Assembly (NCBI GenBank): GCA_015231825.1
Contig: JADGAV010000009.1
Coordinates: 2,677-66,676, forward strand
Reading direction: 5' to 3'
From: SAR324 cluster bacterium
Lineage (GTDB): Bacteria; SAR324; NAC60-12
DNA length: 64,000 bases
Shown here piece by piece: positions 9,513-18,627 of this stretch. The notes under the pieces are model-generated. The model ran no database searches. It was not told the origin of the DNA and was given only the letters and a program-made list of their open reading frames with translations. Position numbers and translations under genes: made by a program. The number at the start of each line of letters is the position of its first letter. Positions within the stretch are counted from its first letter, which is position 1.

Positions 9513-10574
9513 ATGAAATTTGTTGATTCGGTTAAGATCCATGTGCGCTCCGGCAAGGGTGGCGATGGCTGTACTTCGATGCGTCGCGAAAAGTACGTTC
9601 CTCGAGGAGGGCCGGATGGCGGCGATGGAGGAAAAGGCGGTGCTATAATTTTCCAGGGAGATCTTCAGAAAAATACACTCCTGGATTTGTCTTTCAATCA
9701 ACATCAGCATGCCAAAGACGGAACGCCGGGTTCCGGTAAAAACCGGCACGGGAAAAATGGAAAAGATCGTTTGATTGCAGTGCCATTGGGGACCGTGATC
9801 AAGGATATCGATACGGGGGAGGTACTCCTTGAGGTCCTTGGCGAGCAGGACTATCTATTTATCCAGGGAGGAAAAGGCGGTGCCGGGAATACTCGATTCA
9901 AAACAGCGACTAACCGTGCACCTGAATTTCACCAACCCGGAGAAGAGGGCCGGGAAATGTGGATTCGCCTGGAACTGAAGCTGATGGCTGATGTGGGCCT
10001 GGTCGGATTTCCCAATGCCGGAAAATCGACCTTGATCGGCACGATTTCTCATGCGCATCCTAAAGTGGCAGACTATCCTTTCACCACGCTGATACCAAAT
10101 CTCGGGGTGGTGAAAACCGATGCCTACGATGCTTTTGTCGTTGCTGATATACCAGGAATTATAGAAGGAGCCCACGAGGGAACGGGATTGGGGGACCGGT
10201 TTTTACGTCATATCGAACGCACGGCTATCCTTGCTATTTTATTGGATGTTTCAGGGTTTTCTGAGAAACCACCAATAGAAGAATACCTGATTCTCTTAAA
10301 TGAGTTGGCACTTTATTCTCAGGCTTTGATCGAAAAACCTCGTTTGGTTGTTTTAAATAAAGTCGACGCGGTTTCAGATTTTGAAGAACTGCGAAAAATT
10401 CAAGCGGAGCTGGAGGAAAAAAAGGAAACCGTTTTCACCATTTCTGCCGCAACTCGAGAAAACTTGGAACCCTTGCTCAAAACCATGGCGATGGAAGTCC
10501 GTAAGTATCGAAAACAGACTAATCCGGTAGAGCGGGAAGATTCAGATTTGGAAGCGGATGAGGAATCGATCTGA
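9513..10574 (+). CDS. obgE: GTPase ObgE/CgtA
   Basis: MKFVDSVKIHVRSGKGGDG, REKYVPRGGPDGGDGG, GFPNAGKST, DYPFTT, DIPG, NKVD. Confidence 0.97.
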   Translation: MKFVDSVKIHVRSGKGGDGCTSMRREKYVPRGGPDGGDGGKGGAIIFQGDLQKNTLLDLSFNQHQHAKDGTPGSGKNRHGKNGKDRLIAVPLGTVIKDIDTGEVLLEVLGEQDYLFIQGGKGGAGNTRFKTATNRAPEFHQPGEEGREMWIRLELKLMADVGLVGFPNAGKSTLIGTISHAHPKVADYPFTTLIPNLGVVKTDAYDAFVVADIPGIIEGAHEGTGLGDRFLRHIERTAILAILLDVSGFSEKPPIEEYLILLNELALYSQALIEKPRLVVLNKVDAVSDFEELRKIQAELEEKKETVFTISAATRENLEPLLKTMAMEVRKYRKQTNPVEREDSDLEADEESI

Positions 10575-10617
10575 AATCTTGGATTATATAAACTTTCTCT
10601 TTTCATAGGAAAAAACA

Positions 10618-10869
10618 ATGCATTTGGAACTTTATTATTACAATGCCTGTCCCTTTTGTCGAATGGTACTGCACACTATCGATTTGCTGGGGATTCAAGA
10701 TAAAATCGTCATGAAGGACATTATGTCCCATCGAGCATATTCGGCGGAATTGCGTGAATTGAATGGCCACACACAGGTCCCATGCCTGGTGATAGACGGC
10801 AAACCGATGCTTGAGTCCAGCGATATCAACGACTTTCTCAACGACAATTTCCGCCCTTCCAGTAACTAA
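10618..10869 (+). CDS. Glutaredoxin-like protein, dithiol CPFC
   Basis: YYYNACPFCRMV, TQVPCL (cis-Pro), LESSDI. Confidence 0.85.
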   Translation: MHLELYYYNACPFCRMVLHTIDLLGIQDKIVMKDIMSHRAYSAELRELNGHTQVPCLVIDGKPMLESSDINDFLNDNFRPSSN

Positions 10870-11099
10870 TATCTTCACCATTTCCTCTCAAGTCGGTAAA
10901 AAAATTTCCTATTGGTTTGAAGATCAGAAAATCTAAAACCGAAGGTCGGTGATGAAGAAAGAGATTAATTGAAATTGAGAGGCAGATGTACTACCCTCAA
11001 GCTTTGTTTCATCACATGGCTTTCTCATGTTGTTGAAAAAGCCAATTTTTCAAATACCAGCCTCGCAATGCTGGTGTACTAAGCAGGCAAGGAGGATTT

Positions 11100-11309
11100 A
11101 TGTCCGATAGCGTCTACAAAGTGATTGAGTTGGTTGGCACCAGTACTGAATCTTGGGAAAAAGCGGCACAAAACGCCATCAATAGAGCTTCCCAGAGCTT
11201 AAGGGAGTTACGAATTGCGGAAGTTGTTCTCCTGGATATGCAGATCAAGGATGGAAAAGTAGAGGCTTTTCGGTCAAAGATTAAAGTGTCTTTCAAATTT
11301 GAAGGATAA
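11100..11309 (+). CDS. Dodecin (flavin-binding)
   Basis: VYKVIELVGTSTESWEKAAQNAINRASQSLR...KIKVSFK; RBS AAGGAGG. Confidence 0.92.
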   Translation: MSDSVYKVIELVGTSTESWEKAAQNAINRASQSLRELRIAEVVLLDMQIKDGKVEAFRSKIKVSFKFEG

Positions 11310-11615
11310 TCTTTTCAAAGCCGCTTGAAAATTGGATGGGTCTTCTTGTCTCCATTATAGTCTGTAGCGGTTTTGATTGCTGCCCTTGCTCATGGGCTTG
11401 TCGATCGTTTACATCACCTGACTTGTGACAATTTGCTGTTCCCCTGATTGAATTCAATTTCTTCAAATACCAGATCTTTGAGGACTATGCAGAAATTAAA
11501 TTGTGTGCTCAGGTGAAGCTTGCAAATCAGCAAGATTGAGTTATGATAATAACTTCCATGGTCTGCTCAGGCAGGTCTTTCACTCAATAATAACACAATT
11601 TTAAGGAGATTCATC

Positions 11616-12086
11616 ATGATTGAAGTAGGTGCTCAGGCTCCTGATTTTAAATTGGCCAGCCAGCTTGCAGGGAAAGAATATACCCTGAGCCAATTTAAAG
11701 GCGAAAAAAATGTAATGCTGGTCTTTTATCCTTTGGATTGGACACCCACCTGAAGCAAGGAAATGCCGGATATTGAGTCGCGGATTGCTGACTTCAAAGC
11801 GGCAGATACCCAAGTTTTGGGTGTCAGTGTTGACAGTCGTTTTTCTCACGAAAATTGGGCAAGTTCTCTGGGAGGGATTTCTTATCCTTTGCTGGCTGAT
11901 TTTCATCCTAAAGGCGCCATGGCCTCCAGTTACGGCTTGTATATGGACGATAAAGGAATTACTGATCGTGCGACAGTGATTATTGACAAGCAGGGAAAAG
12001 TCCAGTTTGTCAATTCTGTTGGACCGGGTGGAATCCGAAAATCTGAAGAACTCCTGGCAGAATGCCAAAAAGTGAATGCGGGTTAA
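11616..12086 (+). CDS. Peroxiredoxin (AhpC/TSA, AhpE-like), probable selenoprotein with Sec at codon 46
   Basis: RBS AAGGAG, ATG 11616; MIEVGAQAPDFKL...FYPLDWTPT-TGA(11751)-SKEMP in frame with ORF 11763; TGA occupies peroxidatic Cys of PxxxTxxC; conserved Arg in DRATVIID. Confidence 0.88.
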
Positions 12087-12087
12087 T

Positions 12088-12330
12088 ATGCAACTGGAAC
12101 TATTTTTCTACAATGAATGCGGATTTTCACAACAGGTATTGAATACAATCAGGAACTTGAAGATTGGTGATCAGATTGTGATGAAAAATATCCGTGAAAA
12201 CGCAGACTATCAGAAAGAACTGGTTGATCTTTGCGGGGACGCTCAAGTTCCTACATTGAAATCAGATGGTGTTCCAATGCGTGAAGCCGAAGCAATCAAT
12301 CGGTTTTTAGTCGATCAGTTTGTTGATTGA
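12088..12330 (+). CDS. Glutaredoxin-like protein, monothiol CGFS
   Basis: FFYNECGFSQQV, AQVPTL; starts 1 nt after Prx stop; paralogous to 10618 ORF. Confidence 0.82.
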   Translation: MQLELFFYNECGFSQQVLNTIRNLKIGDQIVMKNIRENADYQKELVDLCGDAQVPTLKSDGVPMREAEAINRFLVDQFVD

Positions 12331-12340
12331 AACCTCGAAA

Positions 12341-12375
12341 AAGAGAGTGGAAAGACGGGTTCATTCCACTCTCTT
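12341..12375. terminator. Bidirectional terminator-like hairpin between convergent grx and ilvN
   Basis: AAGAGAGTGGAA-N11-TTCCACTCTCTT perfect 12-bp inverted repeat. Confidence 0.7.
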
Positions 12376-12387
12376 CCTGCCAGGACT

Positions 12388-12921
12388 TTAGGTCATTTCC
12401 ATTCCACGCGCCATAATCACTTTTCCTGAACGGACCATCTCGATAATCCCAAGCGAAGTGAGGATTTTTTCCAGTGCGTCCAGTTTTTCAGTGCTGCCAG
12501 TGGCTTCAACAATCAATGAATTTTCAGTGAAATCCAGTACTTTTGCGCGGAAAACTTCAACGATTTGAAGAACTTCTTCTCTCCCTTTACTTGAAACTCC
12601 AATTTTAAACATTGCCAATTCACGTTCAATTGAATGGGTAGAGACGTGATGATGCGCATGCACCACGTCCACCAGTTTATTCAGTTGACGGATGATTTGG
12701 TCGAATCCTTCGATTTCTCCTTGCGTCACCATGGTGAGTCTCGAAAATTGGGGATTGTGAGCGGGAGAAACAACCAAGGAGTCGATATTGTAACCCCTTC
12801 GGGAAAACGTTTGGGTGATCCGCATGAGGACCCCCGGTTTATTGTTGACTAAGATACTTATTGTGTATTTGGGTTGCTGATTCGTTTCTAGTTCAATCTC
12901 GTTCATGGGGCTTTCATTCAT
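12388..12921 (-). CDS. ilvN: Acetolactate synthase small (regulatory) subunit
   Basis: ISILVNNKPGVLMRI...RRGYNIDSL, QLNKLVDV, ERELAMFK, EMVRSG. Confidence 0.95.
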   Translation of the reverse strand: MNESPMNEIELETNQQPKYTISILVNNKPGVLMRITQTFSRRGYNIDSLVVSPAHNPQFSRLTMVTQGEIEGFDQIIRQLNKLVDVVHAHHHVSTHSIERELAMFKIGVSSKGREEVLQIVEVFRAKVLDFTENSLIVEATGSTEKLDALEKILTSLGIIEMVRSGKVIMARGMEMT

Positions 12922-13072
12922 TTTTCGTCAGTTGTAGAATTCATCCGGTCCAGATTTTTTATTGATGAGCTTCAAAGAGAAAAAGTGGGGGTCACCAAAA
13001 TTTCGGCGTATCCCCACTTGCGTCCGGTATCGGTATGGGTCAATTCATTCCTTTTTCCAGGGCAATGGAAAC

Positions 13073-14782
13073 TCAGGTACTGCCTGTCGGCTTTTCCAAT
13101 TTATAGGTGGGCGCTTCAGTCAACATATCAGATACCGGAGCATTTGCAGGAATCATCGGATAGACATTGTCCTTTTTTGAGACGACTGCTTCGATCAAAC
13201 AGGGTCCTTCGTTGTATTCCAAAGCTTTTTTCAGGACCTTGGTCACATCGCCTTGACGACGAATCCGAAAACCCTTGATTCCATAGGCCTCTGCCAGTTT
13301 GACAAAATCAGGATTGCCCTCCAGGTCTACTCCGCTCAGTCGGTCTTCGAAAAACAAATTCTGCCACTGCCGGACCATTCCCAGGTAGGAATTATTGATG
13401 ATCAGAATTTTTATTGGCAATTTTTGCAGCGCCACCGTTGAGAGCTCTGCTTCAGTCATCTGAAATCCTCCATCTCCGACAACTGCAATCACCATTTTGT
13501 CAGGTTGACCCAATTGCGCTCCAATGGCTGCAGGAAAGCCGAAACCCATCGTTCCGGCTCCACCGCTTGTAATCCACTGACGCTCATAGGAACATTTATA
13601 AAATTGAGCCGCCCACATTTGATGCTGCCCGACGTCTGTGGTCACGATCGCTTCTCCATCGGTTAAATTATAGAGTTCATCCAGCACATATTGCGCCTTC
13701 AATCCTTCTCGTTTTGGAAACTTTAAGGGATACTGCTTTTTCCATTGATCAATTTGTTTGAACCAGGCTTTCGAATCCAGTTTTTTGACATGCTTGCAGA
13801 GTTCTTCCACTACTAAGCGAGCATCCCCCTGAATTGAGAGATCAGGTTTGATTATTTTTCCAAATTCTGCCGGATCTATATCGATATGGAGTTTTTTAGC
13901 GTTTGGGCAAAAGGCATCGACTTTTCCGGTAATGCGGTCATCCCACCGTGCACCGATTGCGAAAATCAAATCACAATCTACAACTGCCTTGTTGGCATAG
14001 GCCGTTCCATGCATCCCCAGCATTCCTAAAGACAATTCATCGGTTTCAGGAAAAGTTCCTTTCCCCAGCAAGGTGGTGGTCACCGGAGCGTGAAGTTTTT
14101 TTGCCAGTTTCATGATTGCTTTGCCTGCCCCGGAAATGACTGCGCCGTGACCGACATACAATAGAGGGCGTTTGGATTGGTTCAGAATTTTTGCCGCAGC
14201 TTTCACTTCCTGAATACTGAACTGCGTTTTTGGATCTCCAATGTACCCGGGCAGATCCAGTTCATTGGGAAATGAAACCGTGCACTCTGCGCTGACCACG
14301 TCTTTGGGCAGGTCTACCAGGACTGGGCCAGGACGTCCTGTTGAAGCAATATAGAAAGCTTCAGTCATTACTCTGGGAAGATCGTTCACTTCCTTTACCA
14401 GATAGCTGTGTTTGACGACAGGAGTTGTGATGCTGAAAATATCAGCTTCCTGAAATGCATCTTTGCCCAGGTTGGGAGAGATGGTTTGGCCTGTCAGCAC
14501 GATCATTGGAGATGAATCCATTTGGGCTGTTAAGAGCCCTGTCACCGTATTGGTTGCTCCGGGTCCTGATGTCACCAGAACCACGCCCGGCTTCCCTGTT
14601 GCACGGGCATATCCGTCCGCCATGTGGGTGGCTCCCTGCTCGTGGCGTACCAGTACAAGTTTCAATTTGTCTGAATCCAGCAAAGCATCAAAAATCGGCA
14701 TACAGGAACCTCCTGGATAACCGAAAACATATTCGACTCCCGCTCGTTCCAAAGCTTGGATGACTACTTCCGAACCATTCAT
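13073..14782 (-). CDS. ilvB: Acetolactate synthase large subunit
   Basis: VFGYPGG, VRHEQGA, TSGPGATN, DVGQHQMW, SGGAGTMG, GDGGFQM, LGMVRQWQ. Confidence 0.97.
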   Translation of the reverse strand: MNGSEVVIQALERAGVEYVFGYPGGSCMPIFDALLDSDKLKLVLVRHEQGATHMADGYARATGKPGVVLVTSGPGATNTVTGLLTAQMDSSPMIVLTGQTISPNLGKDAFQEADIFSITTPVVKHSYLVKEVNDLPRVMTEAFYIASTGRPGPVLVDLPKDVVSAECTVSFPNELDLPGYIGDPKTQFSIQEVKAAAKILNQSKRPLLYVGHGAVISGAGKAIMKLAKKLHAPVTTTLLGKGTFPETDELSLGMLGMHGTAYANKAVVDCDLIFAIGARWDDRITGKVDAFCPNAKKLHIDIDPAEFGKIIKPDLSIQGDARLVVEELCKHVKKLDSKAWFKQIDQWKKQYPLKFPKREGLKAQYVLDELYNLTDGEAIVTTDVGQHQMWAAQFYKCSYERQWITSGGAGTMGFGFPAAIGAQLGQPDKMVIAVVGDGGFQMTEAELSTVALQKLPIKILIINNSYLGMVRQWQNLFFEDRLSGVDLEGNPDFVKLAEAYGIKGFRIRRQGDVTKVLKKALEYNEGPCLIEAVVSKKDNVYPMIPANAPVSDMLTEAPTYKLEKPTGST

Positions 14783-15138
14783 GATCGTCCTTTTTTTAAG
14801 TTAAGTGGTATTTTACAACTTTTGTTCAAAAAATGTAGTTGTATGTATAAATGATAAAATAGAGTGTCATTTTATATTAGTAAAATCAAATTAAATTTTG
14901 ATATTAATTAGTTTGTTAACAAGTTTGCTAATTAAAATCGATTTACAAATCAAAATTTAATAAATTGGTATGATTTTATTAGTAAATTTCAATATTTCGC
15001 AATTTATTGAGATTAATACGCTATTGGTTCAGCAGAGAAGATAATTAGCTAGCCTTCAGAGTTAAAAGCAAAGAGTCAAAAGGCGGGAACAATTTTGGTC
15101 AATATGATGGGTGCTGGTGTAGTTCATTCATCTCAATT

Positions 15139-16653
15139 TTAAAAAGTATGGTTGAATAAAAGGTAGGCGCCGGAGTCTTCGTGGCTTTTTGCAATTTCAA
15201 GGGCGATGACAGTCGCCTGATTCCATGCGATGCGAAGACCAAGTCCTTCCCCCTGTTTCCAGTTGTTCAGAGTCGCTTTTTTGCTATCATCAAAAACCCT
15301 GCCGAGATCGACAAAAGGGGTGAAAAGGAAGGCAAAGTGCTGCTCAAAAAGTTCCAGCTCAGCCAGGTCCCATCGTAATTCAAAATTCAGCAGGGCACCG
15401 GCATTTCCGACAAAACGGTCCTGTTTGTAGCCACGCAAGGTCCTCCGTCCGCCCAACCCCCGAAATTTTCCTTGCGTGTCTGAAATCGTTGCTAAATTAA
15501 AAAAAGGAACAGCACCCTGGTATCCATAAAGCATTCCTCTTCCTGCAATCACCAGTTTGGCTTTTTTGGGGAATGGACTATGATAACCCCGCAGGGTTGC
15601 TACGACCCTGGTGTAGTTGAAATCGGACCCGAGCAAAGGTTCGGATGATTCGATGACAAAGTCTGCAAAAATCCCTTTTTTGGGGGCCGGTTCATAGTCC
15701 CGGCTGTCAAAAGCGATTCCCAATTTTATGATGTTGTCCATTCCCCCACGAAATCCGACAATATTTCCTGCCTCATAATCTTCCCTCAAGAGGGTATTTC
15801 CCATAATGCCTTCCTTTGAATCAGAAACTGAGACATGTCTGCCTGAATAATCCGCGATTTCTGATTCTTCAAAACGAAAGCCGCCAAGAGCGCGGACAAA
15901 GCCACCGGCGAGATCATGTTCGAGGGTCAACTGCCAGGAAAGCACTTCGTGGGTGTAATTGTAGTAATATGCATAGGTTTCCCCGTTTGCCTGAACTTGC
16001 CGGAGTTTTTTCTCAATTTCCTGGAGTTTGGAAAATGCATGTGATTCTCCATGAAACTGCAGAGCAGCTGGAACCTGGAAACGTTTTAAACTTTGATTCC
16101 CATGACCAAAATAGTTGGATGCCGGATTGCTGGCCGCAGTAATTCTAGAACGCAGCCGAAAAAGAGTTCCCCACAAATAAGGGCTATCCAAGTCGAGTAA
16201 AGTAAACTTTGCATTTTCAGTGCTGAAAAATACTTGAGCAAATGCCCTGTGAAAATAGGGGGTAGAGGAGAAAAAAGGGTCCGATGATTCCCCATTGTGG
16301 TAATAATACAAACGGAGACCGGCCCCGAAGCCAAAATCGGGATCGTAGGCCAGCAGGGGAATGGGAACAAAGTAGCCTGACTCCCGTTTCTTGATTAGAT
16401 CCGATTTTGAAAGTTTTTCTTTAATGGGCCGGTCTACGTTTGAATTACGCGGCTTCTTTGACGATACCTTTCTTGCAGGGGCCGGTTTGGCTTGAGATGA
16501 AATTTCTTGAGTAAAACCTTTAGGGGGATGGGAAGCAATGATAAAAAAAGCAAATAAAATCAAGAATTTATTTTGATTATTCAACAATTCAATCACCAAA
16601 ATTCGGATTGGATGAGAGAGCTTTGCAGGGATTCTTTTTCCAAGTCGTATCAC
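15139..16653 (-). CDS. Omp85/BamA-TamA family outer-membrane beta-barrel protein without recognisable POTRA domains
   Basis: PIPLLAYDPDFGFGAG, FDSRD, LRGYKQDRFVG, NFELRW, FVDLGRV, C-terminal FNHTF; start uncertain. Confidence 0.75.
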   Translation of the reverse strand: MIRLGKRIPAKLSHPIRILVIELLNNQNKFLILFAFFIIASHPPKGFTQEISSQAKPAPARKVSSKKPRNSNVDRPIKEKLSKSDLIKKRESGYFVPIPLLAYDPDFGFGAGLRLYYYHNGESSDPFFSSTPYFHRAFAQVFFSTENAKFTLLDLDSPYLWGTLFRLRSRITAASNPASNYFGHGNQSLKRFQVPAALQFHGESHAFSKLQEIEKKLRQVQANGETYAYYYNYTHEVLSWQLTLEHDLAGGFVRALGGFRFEESEIADYSGRHVSVSDSKEGIMGNTLLREDYEAGNIVGFRGGMDNIIKLGIAFDSRDYEPAPKKGIFADFVIESSEPLLGSDFNYTRVVATLRGYHSPFPKKAKLVIAGRGMLYGYQGAVPFFNLATISDTQGKFRGLGGRRTLRGYKQDRFVGNAGALLNFELRWDLAELELFEQHFAFLFTPFVDLGRVFDDSKKATLNNWKQGEGLGLRIAWNQATVIALEIAKSHEDSGAYLLFNHTF

Positions 16654-16783
16654 TCCTTATCATCGGTGCCCGGGGAGAGGAGTGCTGACTGCAGGGAGGA
16701 GAGACTTCCCACTCCCTGTCAGGATATTTTTGGAATGGGGAAACTGTACGGTTCCCCAAGCGGTCTCTGTCTGCTGAGTTTAT

Positions 16784-17851
16784 CTAGAGATTTTCAATAA
16801 CACGTTCTCCCATTTCCCGGCAGCCAATCTGGGTTTTTCCTTTCGTCATGATGTCTCCGGTTCGGTACTGATCGAGGGTAGTCACGACTGCTTTTTGGAT
16901 TTTCTCATCGGCTTCGGTGAGGTCAAAGGAGTAACGGAACATCATTCCGACTGAAAGAATCGTTGCTAAAGGGTTTGCCAAATCTTGACCCTGGATGTCA
17001 GGTGCCGACCCATGGACCGGTTCGTAGAGTCCAATTTTGCCGCCGATGCTGGCAGAAGGGAGCATCCCCAATGAACCGGTAAGCATTGCCGCACCATCAC
17101 TGAGAATGTCGCCAAACATGTTGGTGGTGACAATGGTATCAAATTGTTTTGGATCGCGTATGAGCTGCATTGCTGCATTGTCCACATACATGTGGTTCAG
17201 GGCAATATCCGGGTAATCTTTTGAAACTTCCGTGACGACTTCTCTCCAGAGGATGGTGGCTTCCAGGACGTTGTGCTTGTCGACGGATGTCAATTTCTTG
17301 AAGCGCTTCCTCGCGATTTCAAAGCCCATAATGGCGATTCGTCTAATTTCGGATTCAGAGTAGACCAGGGTATTGACACCGACCCGCTCATTACCCCGCA
17401 TCTCGACTCCTCTTGGTTCACCAAAGTATATGCCTCCTGTCAATTCGCGAATCACCATGATGTCGGTGCCTTCGACTACTTCCCGTTTGAGGGTGGAGGC
17501 TTCTACCAAATCACCATAGATTTGCGCCGGTCTCAAATTGGCGTACAACCCCAATTCGGAACGCAATCGCAACAATCCTTTTTCGGGGCGAAGGGAAATG
17601 TCCAGGGACTCCCACTGAGGGCCACCGACGGCACCCAGAAGAACCGCATCAGAATTTTTGCACGCCTGCAATGTTTCGTCGGGGAGCGGCGATCCGGTTA
17701 AATCATAGGCGGTACCTCCCATCGGTTTTTCCTGGAGCTCCAGATTCATATCATATTGATTTGCCACAGTTTGCAATACTTTGACTGCTTGAGCCGTAAC
17801 TTCCTGGCCAATACCGTCACCCGGCAATATTGTAATTTTTTTTGTCGTCAT
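16784..17851 (-). CDS. leuB: 3-isopropylmalate dehydrogenase
   Basis: [57 protein letters not shown]; ATG 17851 with AAGGAA RBS. Confidence 0.97.
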   Translation of the reverse strand: MTTKKITILPGDGIGQEVTAQAVKVLQTVANQYDMNLELQEKPMGGTAYDLTGSPLPDETLQACKNSDAVLLGAVGGPQWESLDISLRPEKGLLRLRSELGLYANLRPAQIYGDLVEASTLKREVVEGTDIMVIRELTGGIYFGEPRGVEMRGNERVGVNTLVYSESEIRRIAIMGFEIARKRFKKLTSVDKHNVLEATILWREVVTEVSKDYPDIALNHMYVDNAAMQLIRDPKQFDTIVTTNMFGDILSDGAAMLTGSLGMLPSASIGGKIGLYEPVHGSAPDIQGQDLANPLATILSVGMMFRYSFDLTEADEKIQKAVVTTLDQYRTGDIMTKGKTQIGCREMGERVIENL

Positions 17852-18006
17852 GTTTTCCTTTAAGGGTGGTTTTTTTGAATATCCGCTACGATTTTTATGG
17901 ACCATGCGGGATTTAGGAGCCTTAGTCCCGGACTCCGTTCTGTAAAAGGCAGACGCCTTTTTAGTGATGAATTTGAAACCTTTTTTGTAAAAACCTTAAT
18001 TTATAA

Positions 18007-18034
18007 TTGACATCGCCTCAATAGTCCATACAAT
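18007..18034 (+). promoter_or_regulatory. Sigma70-type promoter for the Sec-thioredoxin/PTS-IIA/CLC genes
   Basis: TTGACA (18007-18012)-N16-TACAAT (18029-18034). Confidence 0.65.
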
Positions 18035-18164
18035 GTTGAAATCATACAAAATGGTCTTGAATGTATAAGCAATGCGGACTATCATTATCAGTTGAGTAAA
18101 GGATGCTCAGAAACTGTAGGGAAAAGACCAAAAACTCAGATTACCATTCATTTTGAAAGAAATT

Positions 18165-18611
18165 ATGGCGAAAACTAAAAACCAACCGGTTCTCAAAAAG
18201 AAGAAAACACTACCCTGGCAGGGCCTGCTCGCTGTTGCGGTTCTTGTTGTTGCCGTGGCGGCCTATGTCATCTGGGAATCGCCAACCGAAAAAGATCTCG
18301 ATTTGTCAGTTATCGACAAGGGCGTGAACGTTGTGGTGCAGGTTCATGACCCCAATTGACCGAGCTGCCGCGCATTAAAGCGAGTGGTCGACTCGCTCAA
18401 AGCAGAATATGAAGGACAAATTGAATTTCGCATTGCTGATCTGTCCAGCAAGGAAGGAGAGGCCTTTGCTCAGTTTCACCGGGTGGGGAGTGTGACTTTG
18501 ATGTTTTTCAGCAAAGGAAAGAAAATAACAAGCCTGCAGGGAGAACAAAGCGCAGATTTTTTAAGAAAGGCATTTGATCGCACCTTTCGTTTGAAAAAGG
18601 CAGCGGGTTAA
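18165..18611 (+). CDS. Membrane-anchored thioredoxin-like protein, probable selenoprotein (UxxC)
   Basis: ORFs 18153-18359 and 18384-18611 are in one frame separated only by TGA 18357; reads VQVHDPN-U-PSC-RALK; N-terminal basic stretch plus TM helix; Trx-like C-terminal part (VTLMFF..GK). Confidence 0.85.
18365..18405 (+). promoter_or_regulatory. Bacterial SECIS-like hairpin
   Basis: AGCGAGT(18379-85)-GGTCG-ACTCGCT(18391-97) perfect 7-bp stem, G-first loop starting 27 nt after the UGA, lower stem CTGC/GCAG. Confidence 0.75.
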
Positions 18612-18627
18612 TCAGAAACAAGACACT

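Noticed and set aside
11313-11375. Long-range stem TCAAAGCCGCT/AGCGGTTTTGA after dodecin as an ncRNA (e.g. 6S)
   Set aside because: Too short, no recognisable family features; may simply be a terminator or stabilising stem.
11601-12068. 155-aa minus-strand ORF over the peroxiredoxin
   Set aside because: Antisense shadow of the Sec-peroxiredoxin, which has the RBS and family motifs.
14817-14861. Mini-ORF MTLYFIIYTYNYIF upstream of ilvB as a leader peptide
   Set aside because: Not enriched in Ile/Leu/Val runs, and no terminator/antiterminator pair follows.
17995-18015. Minus-strand mini-ORF MSIIIN plus hairpin AAAAGGC-AGAC-GCCTTTT (17944-17961) as a leuB attenuator
   Set aside because: No Leu codons, and the ATG is simply the complement of the TTGACA -35 box of the divergent promoter.
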